From: Deltaproteobacteria bacterium
Lineage (GTDB): Bacteria > SAR324 > NAC60-12
Assembly: GCA_018645085.1 (NCBI GenBank)
Contig: JABGPG010000136.1
Coordinates: forward strand, 10,603 to 74,602
Direction of reading: 5' to 3'
DNA: 64,000 nt
Under the pieces are notes generated by a model. That model was not told where the DNA came from. It searched no databases and was given only the letters and a program-made list of their open reading frames with translations. Shown here piece by piece: positions 29,515 to 39,872 of this stretch; position 1 is the first letter of the stretch; every line of letters begins with the position of its first letter. The position numbers were made by a program, and so were the translations under genes.

Positions 29515-32130
29515 TCAATCCAAATCCGGTAAAATTTGTTCTGGAAGCGAAATGCCGCCCAGGTTAATGTAGGCATAGAGTGTACGGTCAATATATTCCT
29601 GTTCACGTCCGCTGTTTGAAACGGTTGTGCCGACATTTTCTGTGAGCGCAAGACGGATGTTCCAGCAGTCAGGCCGGTAATCCAGAGTGAGAGCGCTCGA
29701 ACTTAGACGCCGCCGAAAGGTATAACTGTCTGCATCTAAATTGACTGTTCCGGAAAATCCGAAAGCCAGTTTGTCACTTGCTTCAAAGCTGTTGCTGAAA
29801 CCAAATGTGTTAGCTGCCGCAACATCATTACCAAAAGGTGTTTGATAAGCTTCTTCGTTATTACGGAAATTCACCGATGCTTTGTTATGCGTACTCAAGC
29901 CTACACTTACTGCTGCAGAATATTCTACAACGCGTTTCTGCTGATGGTGATAACGATTGAACAGGTTTATTGAAAATGCGCTGCTGGGTGTAAAAATCAA
30001 GTTAGTACGCAAAGGTAACAAAGGTTGATCTGACTCAGTCTCATCACCTTTAACAGCAGGTCCGACAGGTTGAAAAAACGGATCTTTTTTGAAAAAATCA
30101 TAATGCTGGACAAAGTTCAAACTGGCGAGATTCCGGCTTTTTCCTTCACGTGTTTGACCACCGACCTGACTATTCAGCAGAGGAATTACTCCTTTTTCGA
30201 CATATCCGAGGATGGTGTTTTTTTGCTGAGTAGTTAATTTGTCACCAGTTAACCGAGCTAACTGCTCTGTAAATAATTTCTCAGAAGCAAATTCCTGTCC
30301 CAGAATCAGTGCTAATTTACGAATCAGCACAGGATCCAACTGATTCCTTCTCATTCTGTCCAATGAAAGAGATGTTAATTTAACACTTCGTTCAAAGAAA
30401 CGTCGTTTGACGAGCAGCACATTATCCAAGCGTAATGTCGCCAGTCTACGTGTAGAAACTGTTCCTCCAAAAGGAACTCCGGAAGTGGATGTTTGCCGGA
30501 CATCTTCGATGTAATCATATTGCAGGCGTGGTTTTATCAAGTGCTTGAAACGGCTGTAAATTCCGGAATCTGTCTTAAATGTCCTGGACAAAGTTGTGTT
30601 GATTTCCGCTTTACCGTCCAAAATATTGAAACCGTACGCATCTTCACTTCCAGACACATCCGGATCACGAACTTTGTAACTGGAAATCTTTTTCCCAACA
30701 TTAAAGCTGGCGTTAAAATGTTGGAAAAGCGGAAATTGAAAATTAAGTCTGGGAGTGACGCTTGCACCTTCACCATTGTATCCCTGTACTCTGTAATAGC
30801 GCACAGCAGATCCACTCAAGGAACTGCTCAAAGTTGATTTTCCGGAACGCCATAAAGAGTCACTAAATTGAAATGAAAGCGCTGGTAAATATTGAACTTG
30901 AGTGAGGTCAATTGCTCGGTTTAGGATAGCTAATTCACTGAAGGTACGTGTCTGAGTTGCAGAAAGTGTGATACTGCCTTTTGAAAACTGCCGGTTGATA
31001 TTTGCGGAAATCTGCTGTGCGGTATTAGGGCTTGTACTAACAACCAGTTCGTATTCCTTTTGAAACTGACTGTCACTGTAAACCAGCGCAGAGGCAATCA
31101 ATCGGCTTTGTACGTCTAACTGTTGATTGTGATTAAATTCAAATTTAAAACGTTGCGGATTTAAATCTGCAACTGCTAGCTCTTCGGAACTTAAACTTCC
31201 AGATTCATTTTCAGGATCACGCGGGTCACGTTCAAAAAATTGCTGGTATTTTATTTCACCCCGCATTCCCTCTTTCCAGGCATATTGATAATCCAAACGG
31301 AATCCTGGTCCGCGTCGTTCCACCCAGTCATATGTGAGTGTTAAATCTTGCTCCGGATCAATATTCCAAAAATACGGAATTCCTAAGCGGTAACCAAGGT
31401 CAAATTTTCTCAGACTACTGCGGACTATGAGATATTCCGGAGGAAGGAATCCTGATTGACGACGTTTTACAGTCGGCCAGGCAAGATACGGAAAGTAAAA
31501 AACAGGAACCCCACCGACTCTTAAAGTAGAACTGCTTGATGATGAGAAATTTTGTGAATAATAATTAACTTCACTACCAGTTATCTGCCATGCTGGAGAT
31601 TTCGGATTACAAGTTGTGAATGTACATGTTTTGGCAGTATATTCGTTTTTACCTACTCTGCGGACTTCTTTCGCGGTCATGTATGCTTTGCTTGAAGCAT
31701 CATAAAAAATGGTATTGATGAAAATTCCGGTGCCGTCTTTTATGTTTATTTCCAACTCATCCATCACTGCGATAATTTCCCCTTCTGTTACTCTGACATA
31801 ACCTTTTGCAGTTAATGTGTTTTTTTCGGGATGGTAAAGTATTTCCGTACTTTCCACAGAAATTCCTTCCCATTCAACCTTTGCATTGCGGTAAAGATAT
31901 GTTCCTGCTTCCGGATTATGTAAGTACGATTGTGTCTGAATCGAAAGTTGCGGAATATCCAATCCATCTTGCGCGGAGACTTGAACAGGTATAAAAACAA
32001 GTAAGGCCAGTATCCAAAAAGTAAGACTTGTAAAAGAACTCAAAATGCGAAAAAAGCGCCTCGAGTCTGTGTTGGAACCGGAATGTTGCTGGATTGAATA
32101 TTTTTTAGTCAATGAACGCAAGGGAATCAT
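29515..32130 (-). CDS. lptD: LPS assembly protein LptD
   Basis: Beta-jellyroll N-terminus, FTTCNP..PAW, VPVFYFPYL, RQSGFLPP, IPYFWNI, YRPDCW. Start uncertain. Confidence 0.88.
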   Translation of the reverse strand: MIPLRSLTKKYSIQQHSGSNTDSRRFFRILSSFTSLTFWILALLVFIPVQVSAQDGLDIPQLSIQTQSYLHNPEAGTYLYRNAKVEWEGISVESTEILYHPEKNTLTAKGYVRVTEGEIIAVMDELEINIKDGTGIFINTIFYDASSKAYMTAKEVRRVGKNEYTAKTCTFTTCNPKSPAWQITGSEVNYYSQNFSSSSSSTLRVGGVPVFYFPYLAWPTVKRRQSGFLPPEYLIVRSSLRKFDLGYRLGIPYFWNIDPEQDLTLTYDWVERRGPGFRLDYQYAWKEGMRGEIKYQQFFERDPRDPENESGSLSSEELAVADLNPQRFKFEFNHNQQLDVQSRLIASALVYSDSQFQKEYELVVSTSPNTAQQISANINRQFSKGSITLSATQTRTFSELAILNRAIDLTQVQYLPALSFQFSDSLWRSGKSTLSSSLSGSAVRYYRVQGYNGEGASVTPRLNFQFPLFQHFNASFNVGKKISSYKVRDPDVSGSEDAYGFNILDGKAEINTTLSRTFKTDSGIYSRFKHLIKPRLQYDYIEDVRQTSTSGVPFGGTVSTRRLATLRLDNVLLVKRRFFERSVKLTSLSLDRMRRNQLDPVLIRKLALILGQEFASEKLFTEQLARLTGDKLTTQQKNTILGYVEKGVIPLLNSQVGGQTREGKSRNLASLNFVQHYDFFKKDPFFQPVGPAVKGDETESDQPLLPLRTNLIFTPSSAFSINLFNRYHHQQKRVVEYSAAVSVGLSTHNKASVNFRNNEEAYQTPFGNDVAAANTFGFSNSFEASDKLAFGFSGTVNLDADSYTFRRRLSSSALTLDYRPDCWNIRLALTENVGTTVSNSGREQEYIDRTLYAYINLGGISLPEQILPDLD

Positions 32131-32421
32131 AATTGGCGGGAAGCGACAAAACATAAAACTGGCAGGCAAAAATTAACCTCAACCTCTGAGGGTGTTAAAA
32201 CCCTTGCTCCAATCTCACGAAAAACGAAGTAATTGCTGTACTTTAGCTGAAATGTACTAACACATGCAAACTTATTGCATCTCCAGAACAATGTCTGACA
32301 ACTTTTGCTAAATCCAGAATGCATTCTTTTTCAAATCAGATGGATTTTACTGAATTGTCATGGTATTCTGAGCAAGTCTGCTAAAGATCAATTTTATAAC
32401 AAGCTGCAAGTGGTGCAAATA

Positions 32422-33063
32422 ATGAATTTTGCTAAAATATTATTACTGACAATTTATTTTTTCTTTGGAAGTTTAGTTCTTCAGGTAGAGGAACTAAAGG
32501 CGCAGGATGGTTTTTTAGAAACAGAATCAATACGTCAGAAACTTTTCAGCAGGATGGATGACAGGAAAAAATCAAAACCGTTACGTACAATCAGTGAAAA
32601 TATCTTGATCGGTGTATTTAGCAGAGTTACTGATTCAGAAAGTGTCTGGATACGTATCGAAAGCCGTTCTGAATTTCGTAAATGGACATTCAAATTATCA
32701 AAGCAGAATCTGAATTTACCGCGTCAGGAAGTACGTGTCTGGCTAAAATACGTGTCACCAAAGCTGTCCATCAGTCACGGTAAGGAATACAATGAATGGT
32801 TCCGCAAAAAGGCTGCGTTTGAAATGCAGAAGATCTTCTACAACAGGCAGGTGAGGATCAATTATGATTTCTCCGAACGATTATACAGACTGGACGGAAT
32901 GGTCTGGACCGGTGACACAAATATCAATGTTTGGCTGGTCCGGAATGGTTGGTCATTTTATCTGCTGGAAACTGAACCGCCGCCTGAGCATGAAGACCTG
33001 CTGGCTGCAGAAAATGAAGCAAAACAACGACAAGTTGGTCTCTGGAAAGCAGAGTTGCAGTAG
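32422..33063 (+). CDS. Thermonuclease (SNase-fold) family protein with degenerate catalytic motifs
   Basis: Signal/TM segment; NINVWLVRNGW...AENEAKQRQVGLW matches the SNase C-terminus. Confidence 0.75.
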   Translation: MNFAKILLLTIYFFFGSLVLQVEELKAQDGFLETESIRQKLFSRMDDRKKSKPLRTISENILIGVFSRVTDSESVWIRIESRSEFRKWTFKLSKQNLNLPRQEVRVWLKYVSPKLSISHGKEYNEWFRKKAAFEMQKIFYNRQVRINYDFSERLYRLDGMVWTGDTNINVWLVRNGWSFYLLETEPPPEHEDLLAAENEAKQRQVGLWKAELQ

Positions 33064-33109
33064 TTGTTTTACAGGATTTTAAAGCATTTATAGTCACCTG
33101 CTAAACATA

Positions 33110-33901
33110 TTATTCAAACTTGTGCCGTTTCCAGCGGTATGGACTGTCGACGATTACTCCCGGTTGAGTTGCTGTTTCAAGTACTGCCAGACAATCACGG
33201 AAAATTTGTTTTTGCTGGGGTCGGTTAAATGCTTCTCCCATGGCGTGACCAAAAGGATATTTCAAGTGATATGTGCGTGGAGGTTTTACGGACTCAGTTA
33301 CTTTGCGGACAATTGAAATTCCTACAGTAGAAATTCCTTGTCGTTCGATTTCACGTTGGATCAGACCGACCGTCTGATTGCAGAGGCCTCAGGCCGGTAC
33401 CAACAGAGCAATGTCAACTTGCTGCTGTTTAATTTCTTGGGCCGCTTCAACAGCACTTTCCTGAATTAATGTTGTCAGGTGAGGTTCTTCGATGTGTCCC
33501 ATAAAGCTGTAATGATAAGGGCTTGACGCTCCTACTAGACCTTCCGCCTGAAGCTCACGTAAGACCTCAAAAGGCAGGATCAAATTTGGATCACGGTCTG
33601 CATCACGGTGGTCATAATATTTGTGGGAAATGGTTAAATCTTCCGCAGAAACGTCATGGGGGATTCTCCGGAATGAACTATCGCCCTGCGGATCGTTTAA
33701 ATCAAAGCCTTCTTCCGTTTTCAAGAGAATACCGCCGGTTGTAAAGAGCGCTATTTTACAGGCAGAGATGGGTTTATTGAGTTTTGTCCAGGGTACACGA
33801 TCAAAAAGCACTGCTTCGTAACTTTGTGCCCAAAAATTTTTCACTATGGGAATCCGAAATAACATAACCCATAATTTGTCCAGTAGAGTTTCTTTATCCA
33901 T
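33110..33901 (-). CDS. PrdB/GrdB-like (glycine/proline reductase selenoprotein B family) selenoprotein with UxxC motif
   Basis: IALFTTGG, GDSSFRRIP, HKYYDH..ADRDPN..P, then DIALLVPA-UGA(33391-33389)-GLCNQTVGLIQREIERQGISTV...VKPPR...YPFGHAMG, ending TAA at 33112-33110. Confidence 0.9.
33360..33378 (-). promoter_or_regulatory. Candidate bacterial SECIS hairpin
   Basis: AUCAGAC-GGUCG-GUCUGAU, perfect 7-bp stem 10 nt after the UGA. Confidence 0.7.
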
Positions 33902-33925
33902 CAACGTTTTTAGAGAGTAAGTGGA

Positions 33926-34618
33926 GTGTCAGTCAAAGATAATTTAGCGCTAGTTCAGCAGCAGATAACGCAAGCTGCAATTCAGTCCGGTCGTACACCT
34001 GAAGAGATTCAATTAATTGCAGTCAGTAAAACTAAACCTATTGCACTGATTAAAGAGGCTTTGGCGGCCAAACAAACCGCATTTGGCGAAAACCGTATAC
34101 AGGAGGCACTGGGTAAAATAGAAGTGCTGAGCAACTCTCCTGAGGTAGAATGGCATTTGATAGGTCATTTACAAAAAAACAAAGTTAAGTTTTGCCCCGG
34201 AAAATTCCAGTGGATTCACTCTCTTGAGTCTATCGAATTGGCGGAAAAATTAGAAGCCCGTTGTGCTTTTGCAAAAGAGAAAATAAATGTGCTGATCCAA
34301 GTCAATCTTTCCCGTGAAGAGAGTAAATCCGGTCTGCAGGAATGGGATGATATTTCACGTCTTGCAGAATCCATTTCTGCCGGACAGTGGCTGAAGTTCC
34401 GTGGACTGATGACAATTCCTGCTCCAAATCTAGGAGAACTAAAAACCCGTAAAATATATGAGCAAATCCGCATGTGGCGTGATAAATTGCGGAACGAATT
34501 GGATTCAGCTGAAATTACTGAACTTTCAATGGGAATGACAGCGGATTATCATTGGGCTATTCAGGAAGGTGCAACCATGATTCGCGTTGGCACCGCTATT
34601 TTTGGCTCGAGGGATTAG
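33926..34618 (+). CDS. yggS: PLP homeostasis protein (YggS/PROSC)
   Basis: IAVSKTKP, FGENRIQE, WHLIGHLQKNK, LSMGMT.D, ATMIRVGTAIFG. Confidence 0.95.
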   Translation: MSVKDNLALVQQQITQAAIQSGRTPEEIQLIAVSKTKPIALIKEALAAKQTAFGENRIQEALGKIEVLSNSPEVEWHLIGHLQKNKVKFCPGKFQWIHSLESIELAEKLEARCAFAKEKINVLIQVNLSREESKSGLQEWDDISRLAESISAGQWLKFRGLMTIPAPNLGELKTRKIYEQIRMWRDKLRNELDSAEITELSMGMTADYHWAIQEGATMIRVGTAIFGSRD

Positions 34619-34633
34619 CGGGAACAGTTATTT

Positions 34634-34825
34634 TCACGAACCGTGTTGCAGGGTGTATTGTATGTTTTCCAGCAGTTTGCGTTTGCTGAGATAAAAACAC
34701 CAGCTACGACGTGCTTGTTTCCACGTAAGTATCACCAACACAGTCAGCAATATAGCAAGGATTGGAAAAGCAAGTAATTGATAATCGATAATTAATTTGA
34801 CGAACTCGTTTGTCTGAATGTTCAT
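34634..34825 (-). CDS. Small hypothetical membrane protein
   Basis: 63 aa with one TM segment; follows ispG on the same strand. Confidence 0.45.
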   Translation of the reverse strand: MNIQTNEFVKLIIDYQLLAFPILAILLTVLVILTWKQARRSWCFYLSKRKLLENIQYTLQHGS

Positions 34826-34859
34826 GTGGAATTATGGTTCCTGAAGCATGTTCAATATA

Positions 34860-36026
34860 TTAAGCAGGATCTACCCATTTTCCCTGCTCCTGAATCAGCT
34901 CGATTAAACGTTCCACAGCTTGTGCTGAAGGAATGTTACGTTCAACGCATGTTTGTCCGTGATAGAGGCTGATTTTTCCAGGGCCAGCTCCAACGTAGCC
35001 AAAATCAGCATCTGCCATTTCTCCCGGACCATTGACTACGCAACCCATGATTGCAATTTTGACTCCTTTGAGATGTGAAGTGCGTGCTTTAATTTGCGAG
35101 GTTGTACTTTCCAGATCAAAAAATGTGCGTCCGCAAGATGGGCAGGAGATAAAATCTGTGTTATATATTCTGGCTCGTGTTGACTGAAGAATGGACTGTG
35201 CCACCGGAATTTCGTTTTCTGAAGCTTCGGTGAGTGAAACCCTGATAGTGTCTCCTAGACCGTCACAAAGCAAAGTACCAATTCCAACCGCACTTTTTAT
35301 CCGTCCGTCGAGTTCATTGCCTGCTTCCGTGACTCCCAAATGCAGTGGATAATACATGTCCTCTGCGTCCATAGCTTGTACAAGCTGCCGATAGGACTGA
35401 ATCATCACCAGCGGATTTGAAGATTTCATTGACAGCACAGTCTGCTCAAAGTCATGTTTTCGCAGTATACGTAAGTATTCAAGAGCGGATTCAACCATAC
35501 CTGCCGAGGTATCACCAAAACGGTTCATTACACGGTCTGAAAGTGATCCGTGGTTGGTGCCGATTCTTAACGCACAGCCATATTTTTTCAGGTTTTTAAT
35601 CAACGGGAGCATTTTTTCCTCAACACGTGCCAATTCTTCCTGATACTGCTGATCGGTGTATTCACGGATTTCAAATTTCTTCCGGTCAACAAAATTACCT
35701 GGATTGATACGTACTTTTTCTACGAACTCACAAACGTTAATCGCCAATTTAGGATTAAAATGAATATCTGCAACCAGCGGTCGTTTTATTCCGCGCTTCT
35801 CCATTTCAACACGGATTGCAGGCAGACTGTCTACTGATTTTTGATTAGGAACAGTCAAACGGATGATTTCACAATCAACTGCATCCAAACGGGAAATTTC
35901 TGCAATACATGCCGCAACATCGGTGGTGTCGGATGTCAGCATTGACTGAATCCGAATTGGCTCAGTGCTTCCAATCTTGAGGGTACCAATTGAAACTGTG
36001 TTGGTTTGACGTCTTTTGGGGAGCAA
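34860..36026 (-). CDS. ispG: HMBPP synthase
   Basis: IRIQSM, LVADIHF, RINPGN, RIGTNHGSL, HLGVTEAG, SCPSCGR, MGCVVNGPGEM. Confidence 0.96.
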   Translation of the reverse strand: MLPKRRQTNTVSIGTLKIGSTEPIRIQSMLTSDTTDVAACIAEISRLDAVDCEIIRLTVPNQKSVDSLPAIRVEMEKRGIKRPLVADIHFNPKLAINVCEFVEKVRINPGNFVDRKKFEIREYTDQQYQEELARVEEKMLPLIKNLKKYGCALRIGTNHGSLSDRVMNRFGDTSAGMVESALEYLRILRKHDFEQTVLSMKSSNPLVMIQSYRQLVQAMDAEDMYYPLHLGVTEAGNELDGRIKSAVGIGTLLCDGLGDTIRVSLTEASENEIPVAQSILQSTRARIYNTDFISCPSCGRTFFDLESTTSQIKARTSHLKGVKIAIMGCVVNGPGEMADADFGYVGAGPGKISLYHGQTCVERNIPSAQAVERLIELIQEQGKWVDPA

Positions 36027-36095
36027 ATTAAGTTTTTTGTTGAGGTTAAAGGTTATGGTGATTGAAGAAGAAAATCTCCCGTACTTAATATATTT

Positions 36096-37415
36096 TTAAA
36101 TCCTGTCGAAAACTGAACCGTGTCCTGGTAGAAACAAACGTTCGTAAAAGCGGTTTGCATATTGATCGGTCATGCCTGCAATGAAATCACAAATGATTCT
36201 TTTTTGTTGCAGATCACTTTTTGCCTCTTTCCATAAAAGTTGAAAAGATGAAGGTAAAAGCATTTCTGGTTCAGCCGAAAGTGCGTCAAAAAGTGACAGC
36301 ACAATTTTACGTCCCTTGAAAGTTGCAGCCTGTACAGTATTGAGCTGAATTACATGCCGCGAGACTGTTTCTTTAAGTGCTTTTAAGAAACGTTGCGGTT
36401 CTTCCGGCAGGATTACATTCCAGCCCAAAAGCGGTTCTTCAAATTCATCATTCAGTTTTAATTCAGCAGAAGAAATCAACGCATGAACCAACGCACCAAC
36501 TCCCTGTCTCCGGCTGTAACCGGAATTGTCTGTGCGGGTGAAAAGCATAGTTTCTATTTGCAGGAGATTATTTTTCTCAGCCCATTTTGGATCCAGTTGC
36601 TGGGCTACTTCCTGCCAGTGTTCACGCGTTAGTAAGCGTAAAACAATTCCATCTTCAAAATCATGAACCCCATAAGCAATATCATCTGCCAGGTTCATCA
36701 GAGAGGTGTCAAGAGCTTTATGTAAAGAACGCCCGTGGCTCTGTGTAGTTGGACGAGTATATTCGCAGAAGTGCAGTTGATCCGTATTTGAAAGTGGAGC
36801 TAAAATCCAGTTGAACACTTCCTGTTCTGTATCGAGAAAACACTTCGGTGGTTTCCAGGTCTGTTGAAAATTCAAATTGACGGATTTATCAGTTGCATCA
36901 GGAGGAGAGGTTTTACACAAGTTTGCATACGGAACAGGATATTTCAACACACCCAGCAAAGTTCTGCGGGTTAAATCTAAGCCATTCTCCGGAGAGTGTG
37001 ATTCCAGCAGGGTTAGAATCCGTAATGTCTGTCCGTTTCCTTCAAATCCTCCATAGTCCGCCATCGCGCAATTGAGCGCAGTTTCCCCACCGTGTCCAAA
37101 GGGCGGATGTCCCAAATCATGAGCCAGACCTGTCGTTTCTATCTGCTCCAGTCGTGGAAGTAAATCATATAATTCCGGAAATTTCTTTTGCAAATTCAAA
37201 ACAAGTCCACGACCAATCTGCGCAACTTCCATTGAATGTGTCAGGCGTGTGCGATGAAAATCACCCTCAAGAACTCCAAGAATTTGTGTTTTAGCCTGTA
37301 ATCTTCTGAAAGCAGAAGAATGAATTACACGTGCCCGGTCGCGCTCATATTCTTCACGATGATCTTCCTGCCGTTGTACTCCTGCAGGAGCACGGCGTAC
37401 TTTCCATTTGTTCAT
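36096..37415 (-). CDS. dgt: dNTP triphosphohydrolase (dGTPase, HD family)
   Basis: RDRARVIHSSAFRRLQAKTQ, RTRLTHSMEV, AHDLGHPPFGHGGE, ADDIAY, DFIAGMTD. Confidence 0.93.
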   Translation of the reverse strand: MNKWKVRRAPAGVQRQEDHREEYERDRARVIHSSAFRRLQAKTQILGVLEGDFHRTRLTHSMEVAQIGRGLVLNLQKKFPELYDLLPRLEQIETTGLAHDLGHPPFGHGGETALNCAMADYGGFEGNGQTLRILTLLESHSPENGLDLTRRTLLGVLKYPVPYANLCKTSPPDATDKSVNLNFQQTWKPPKCFLDTEQEVFNWILAPLSNTDQLHFCEYTRPTTQSHGRSLHKALDTSLMNLADDIAYGVHDFEDGIVLRLLTREHWQEVAQQLDPKWAEKNNLLQIETMLFTRTDNSGYSRRQGVGALVHALISSAELKLNDEFEEPLLGWNVILPEEPQRFLKALKETVSRHVIQLNTVQAATFKGRKIVLSLFDALSAEPEMLLPSSFQLLWKEAKSDLQQKRIICDFIAGMTDQYANRFYERLFLPGHGSVFDRI

Positions 37416-37692
37416 TTTAAGTTGTAAGCACAACGGTGAGAATTAAATTCTTCTGCTGAACTCTTCAGCGTAATTACTGTAAATTCTAACTTATTTAGAA
37501 AATATATTCACGGATAAAAAGTGCTTCCTCGACAGGATTCTTTGCTTGATAAATTTAATTTCAAAATGAAGCCAGCGCTAATTTCTTCAAATCACTTGAA
37601 AATTTCAACTATTAGCTTAAAATTAAAGGGTTTAATCACTAAAAACAATTAAGGTTTAACTGTAATAATAAATTAGCGAAGGAGAACAAAGT

Positions 37693-37914
37693 TTGAGTGA
37701 AGATAAACTAGAAGTTGAAGGGACAGTTGTCGAGTCCTCCAAAGGTATTTTTCGGGTAAAGCTGGAAAATGATCACATCGTAATTGGTCATTTATCCGGA
37801 AAAATGAAAATGTACAAGATTCGTGTACTTCCAGGAGATACAGTCACAATTGAACTTTCTCCCTATGACCTGAAACGCGGAAGAATAGTGCGGCGGGAAA
37901 AAGTTGAACATTGA
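37693..37914 (+). CDS. infA: Translation initiation factor IF-1
   Basis: [34 protein letters not shown] with a TTG start. Confidence 0.96.
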   Translation: MSEDKLEVEGTVVESSKGIFRVKLENDHIVIGHLSGKMKMYKIRVLPGDTVTIELSPYDLKRGRIVRREKVEH

Positions 37915-38013
37915 GAATAAACTCAGCATAGAAGTTTCATTTAAAATGATGAAAATTGCTTTGTTCCATCCAGTGTACTACTGCTTAACGCAGGATTCAA
38001 AGCTGGTTCTTGG

Positions 38014-39768
38014 ATGAATATCTTTGAACAAACTATCTGTGATTTGACCGCCAGTGCACTGAACTCAGCGGATGAATCAACAAGCTGGGAACCGTCTGTG
38101 CTCATCGAACTGGTTGAGCAACCTCCTAATCCTGAAATGGGCGACTATGCCCTGCCTTGCTTCAGCTTTGCCAAAAGCCTGCGGCGCTCCCCTGAAAAAA
38201 TTGCTGAGGAATTAGCGGAAAAACTACAATCCTGTCTAAGTCCGGAATCAACAGTCACCGCAATTCAGGCGACTGGAGCATATCTGAATTTTACCGTCTC
38301 TGCGGTCGCGATGGCTGAAGCAGTGCTGCCCGATATTTTCAATGGTAATTATTTCAAGGAAGCTTCCAAAATTGCTCTTGAACGAGTGATGATAGAATAT
38401 TCTCAACCTAATACCCATAAAGGCTTCCATGTGGGGCATATGCGCAATGTTGCGCTTGGGGACAGTCTTACACGGATTTATAAATATAACGGTTATGATG
38501 TAGTCGGAGTGAACTACATAGGTGATGTTGGCGCACACATCGCAAAATGCTTATGGTATTTCCGTAATCACAATACTGAAACGCCTCCGCAACATTTTCG
38601 TGGAGAATGGTTAGGCGAGTTGTACTCTCAAGCAGTAAAAAAACTGGACGAAGCTGAAGGTGAGGAGAAAATTAAATTTCAGCAGGAGGTAAGTCACATT
38701 CTGCAAAAACTTGAAGCTAAAGATAAAGCATTCACGGAAGAATGGGAAATGACACGTGAGTGGTCAATGCAGGATTTTCATGAGATATATGAATGGCTTG
38801 ACGTTAATTTCGATCACATATTTTATGAATCAGAGGTTGATGAAGCAGGCAGAAAAATTGTAATTGAGGGCGAAGAGAAAGGTACATTTGAACGTTCAGA
38901 AGGTGCAATAGGGATTAATCTTGAGGCAGAGGATCTCGGATTTTTTATGCTGTTGAAATCAGATGGGAATACACTCTATGCGACCAAAGATCTTGCGCTG
39001 GCACAGCGTAAATTTGACAAGTTTGGTGTAAAACGTTCTATTTATGTCGTAGGTGCAGAGCAGACTCTGCATTTTAAACAAGTTTTTGCGACTCTCAAAC
39101 GGATGGGCTATTCTCAGGTTAAGCAGTGTTTCCATTTGCCGTATGCGCTGGTCATGCTTCCAGAGGGAAAAATGAGTTCCCGTGCAGGAAATGTAATTCT
39201 GTTTTCGCAATTACGCAAAGAAATTATTGAAAGCATCCAATCCGCTCATCTGGCAGAACACACGCATGATTGGAGTCAGCAGGAGTTGGACGAAACGGCA
39301 CAAAAAATTGCTGTTGCTGCTATCAAGTACGGAATGCTCAATCAGGATTCTAACAAACAGATTGTGTTTTCCATGAAGGACTGGCTGATTTCAGAAGGTG
39401 ATACAGGAACCTATCTGGTTTATGCATACGTTCGTATCAGAAGTATAGGAAGGCAGATTTCGCGTGAAGTCAGTACCGATGTGGATTATTCACTTTTGAC
39501 GCACGCCAACGAAAAAAAATTGCTGCGTCAGTTACTCGATTTCAACCGCACTGTTTTAAACTCCGGAGAACAATACCGTCCGTCGCTGCTGGCGAGAATG
39601 CTCTTTGAATTTTCCAAAGATTTCAGTAGAGCCTACAATACCTGTTCGGTAAAGCATGCAGAAACTGAACAGTTGCAGGCTGCGAGGTTGCTCTTATTTC
39701 ATTGTGTTGCCGAAACTCTCCTGCAGGGTCTTCATCTCCTTGGAATCACTCCACCTGAACGGATGTAA
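38014..39768 (+). CDS. argS: Arginine--tRNA ligase
   Basis: EYSQPNTHKGFHVGH, KMSSRAG, GDTGTYLVYAYVR, C-terminal PERM. Confidence 0.96.
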   Translation: MNIFEQTICDLTASALNSADESTSWEPSVLIELVEQPPNPEMGDYALPCFSFAKSLRRSPEKIAEELAEKLQSCLSPESTVTAIQATGAYLNFTVSAVAMAEAVLPDIFNGNYFKEASKIALERVMIEYSQPNTHKGFHVGHMRNVALGDSLTRIYKYNGYDVVGVNYIGDVGAHIAKCLWYFRNHNTETPPQHFRGEWLGELYSQAVKKLDEAEGEEKIKFQQEVSHILQKLEAKDKAFTEEWEMTREWSMQDFHEIYEWLDVNFDHIFYESEVDEAGRKIVIEGEEKGTFERSEGAIGINLEAEDLGFFMLLKSDGNTLYATKDLALAQRKFDKFGVKRSIYVVGAEQTLHFKQVFATLKRMGYSQVKQCFHLPYALVMLPEGKMSSRAGNVILFSQLRKEIIESIQSAHLAEHTHDWSQQELDETAQKIAVAAIKYGMLNQDSNKQIVFSMKDWLISEGDTGTYLVYAYVRIRSIGRQISREVSTDVDYSLLTHANEKKLLRQLLDFNRTVLNSGEQYRPSLLARMLFEFSKDFSRAYNTCSVKHAETEQLQAARLLLFHCVAETLLQGLHLLGITPPERM

Positions 39769-39872
39769 AGCGGCAAAAATTCTTTGTGGATTTCAGCCTG
39801 TAAATTTGAAAAAACACAGGAACATTCTTCCTCCTATCTTTGCTTTTCCAGATTTTAGCTAAGACAAAAGAT

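Noticed and set aside
33122..33316. 64-aa plus-strand ORF
   Set aside because: Antisense to the read-through half of the PrdB-like selenoprotein.
37693..37695. TTG start of infA as autoregulation
   Set aside because: lptB and ispG also appear to use TTG, so it is not specific.
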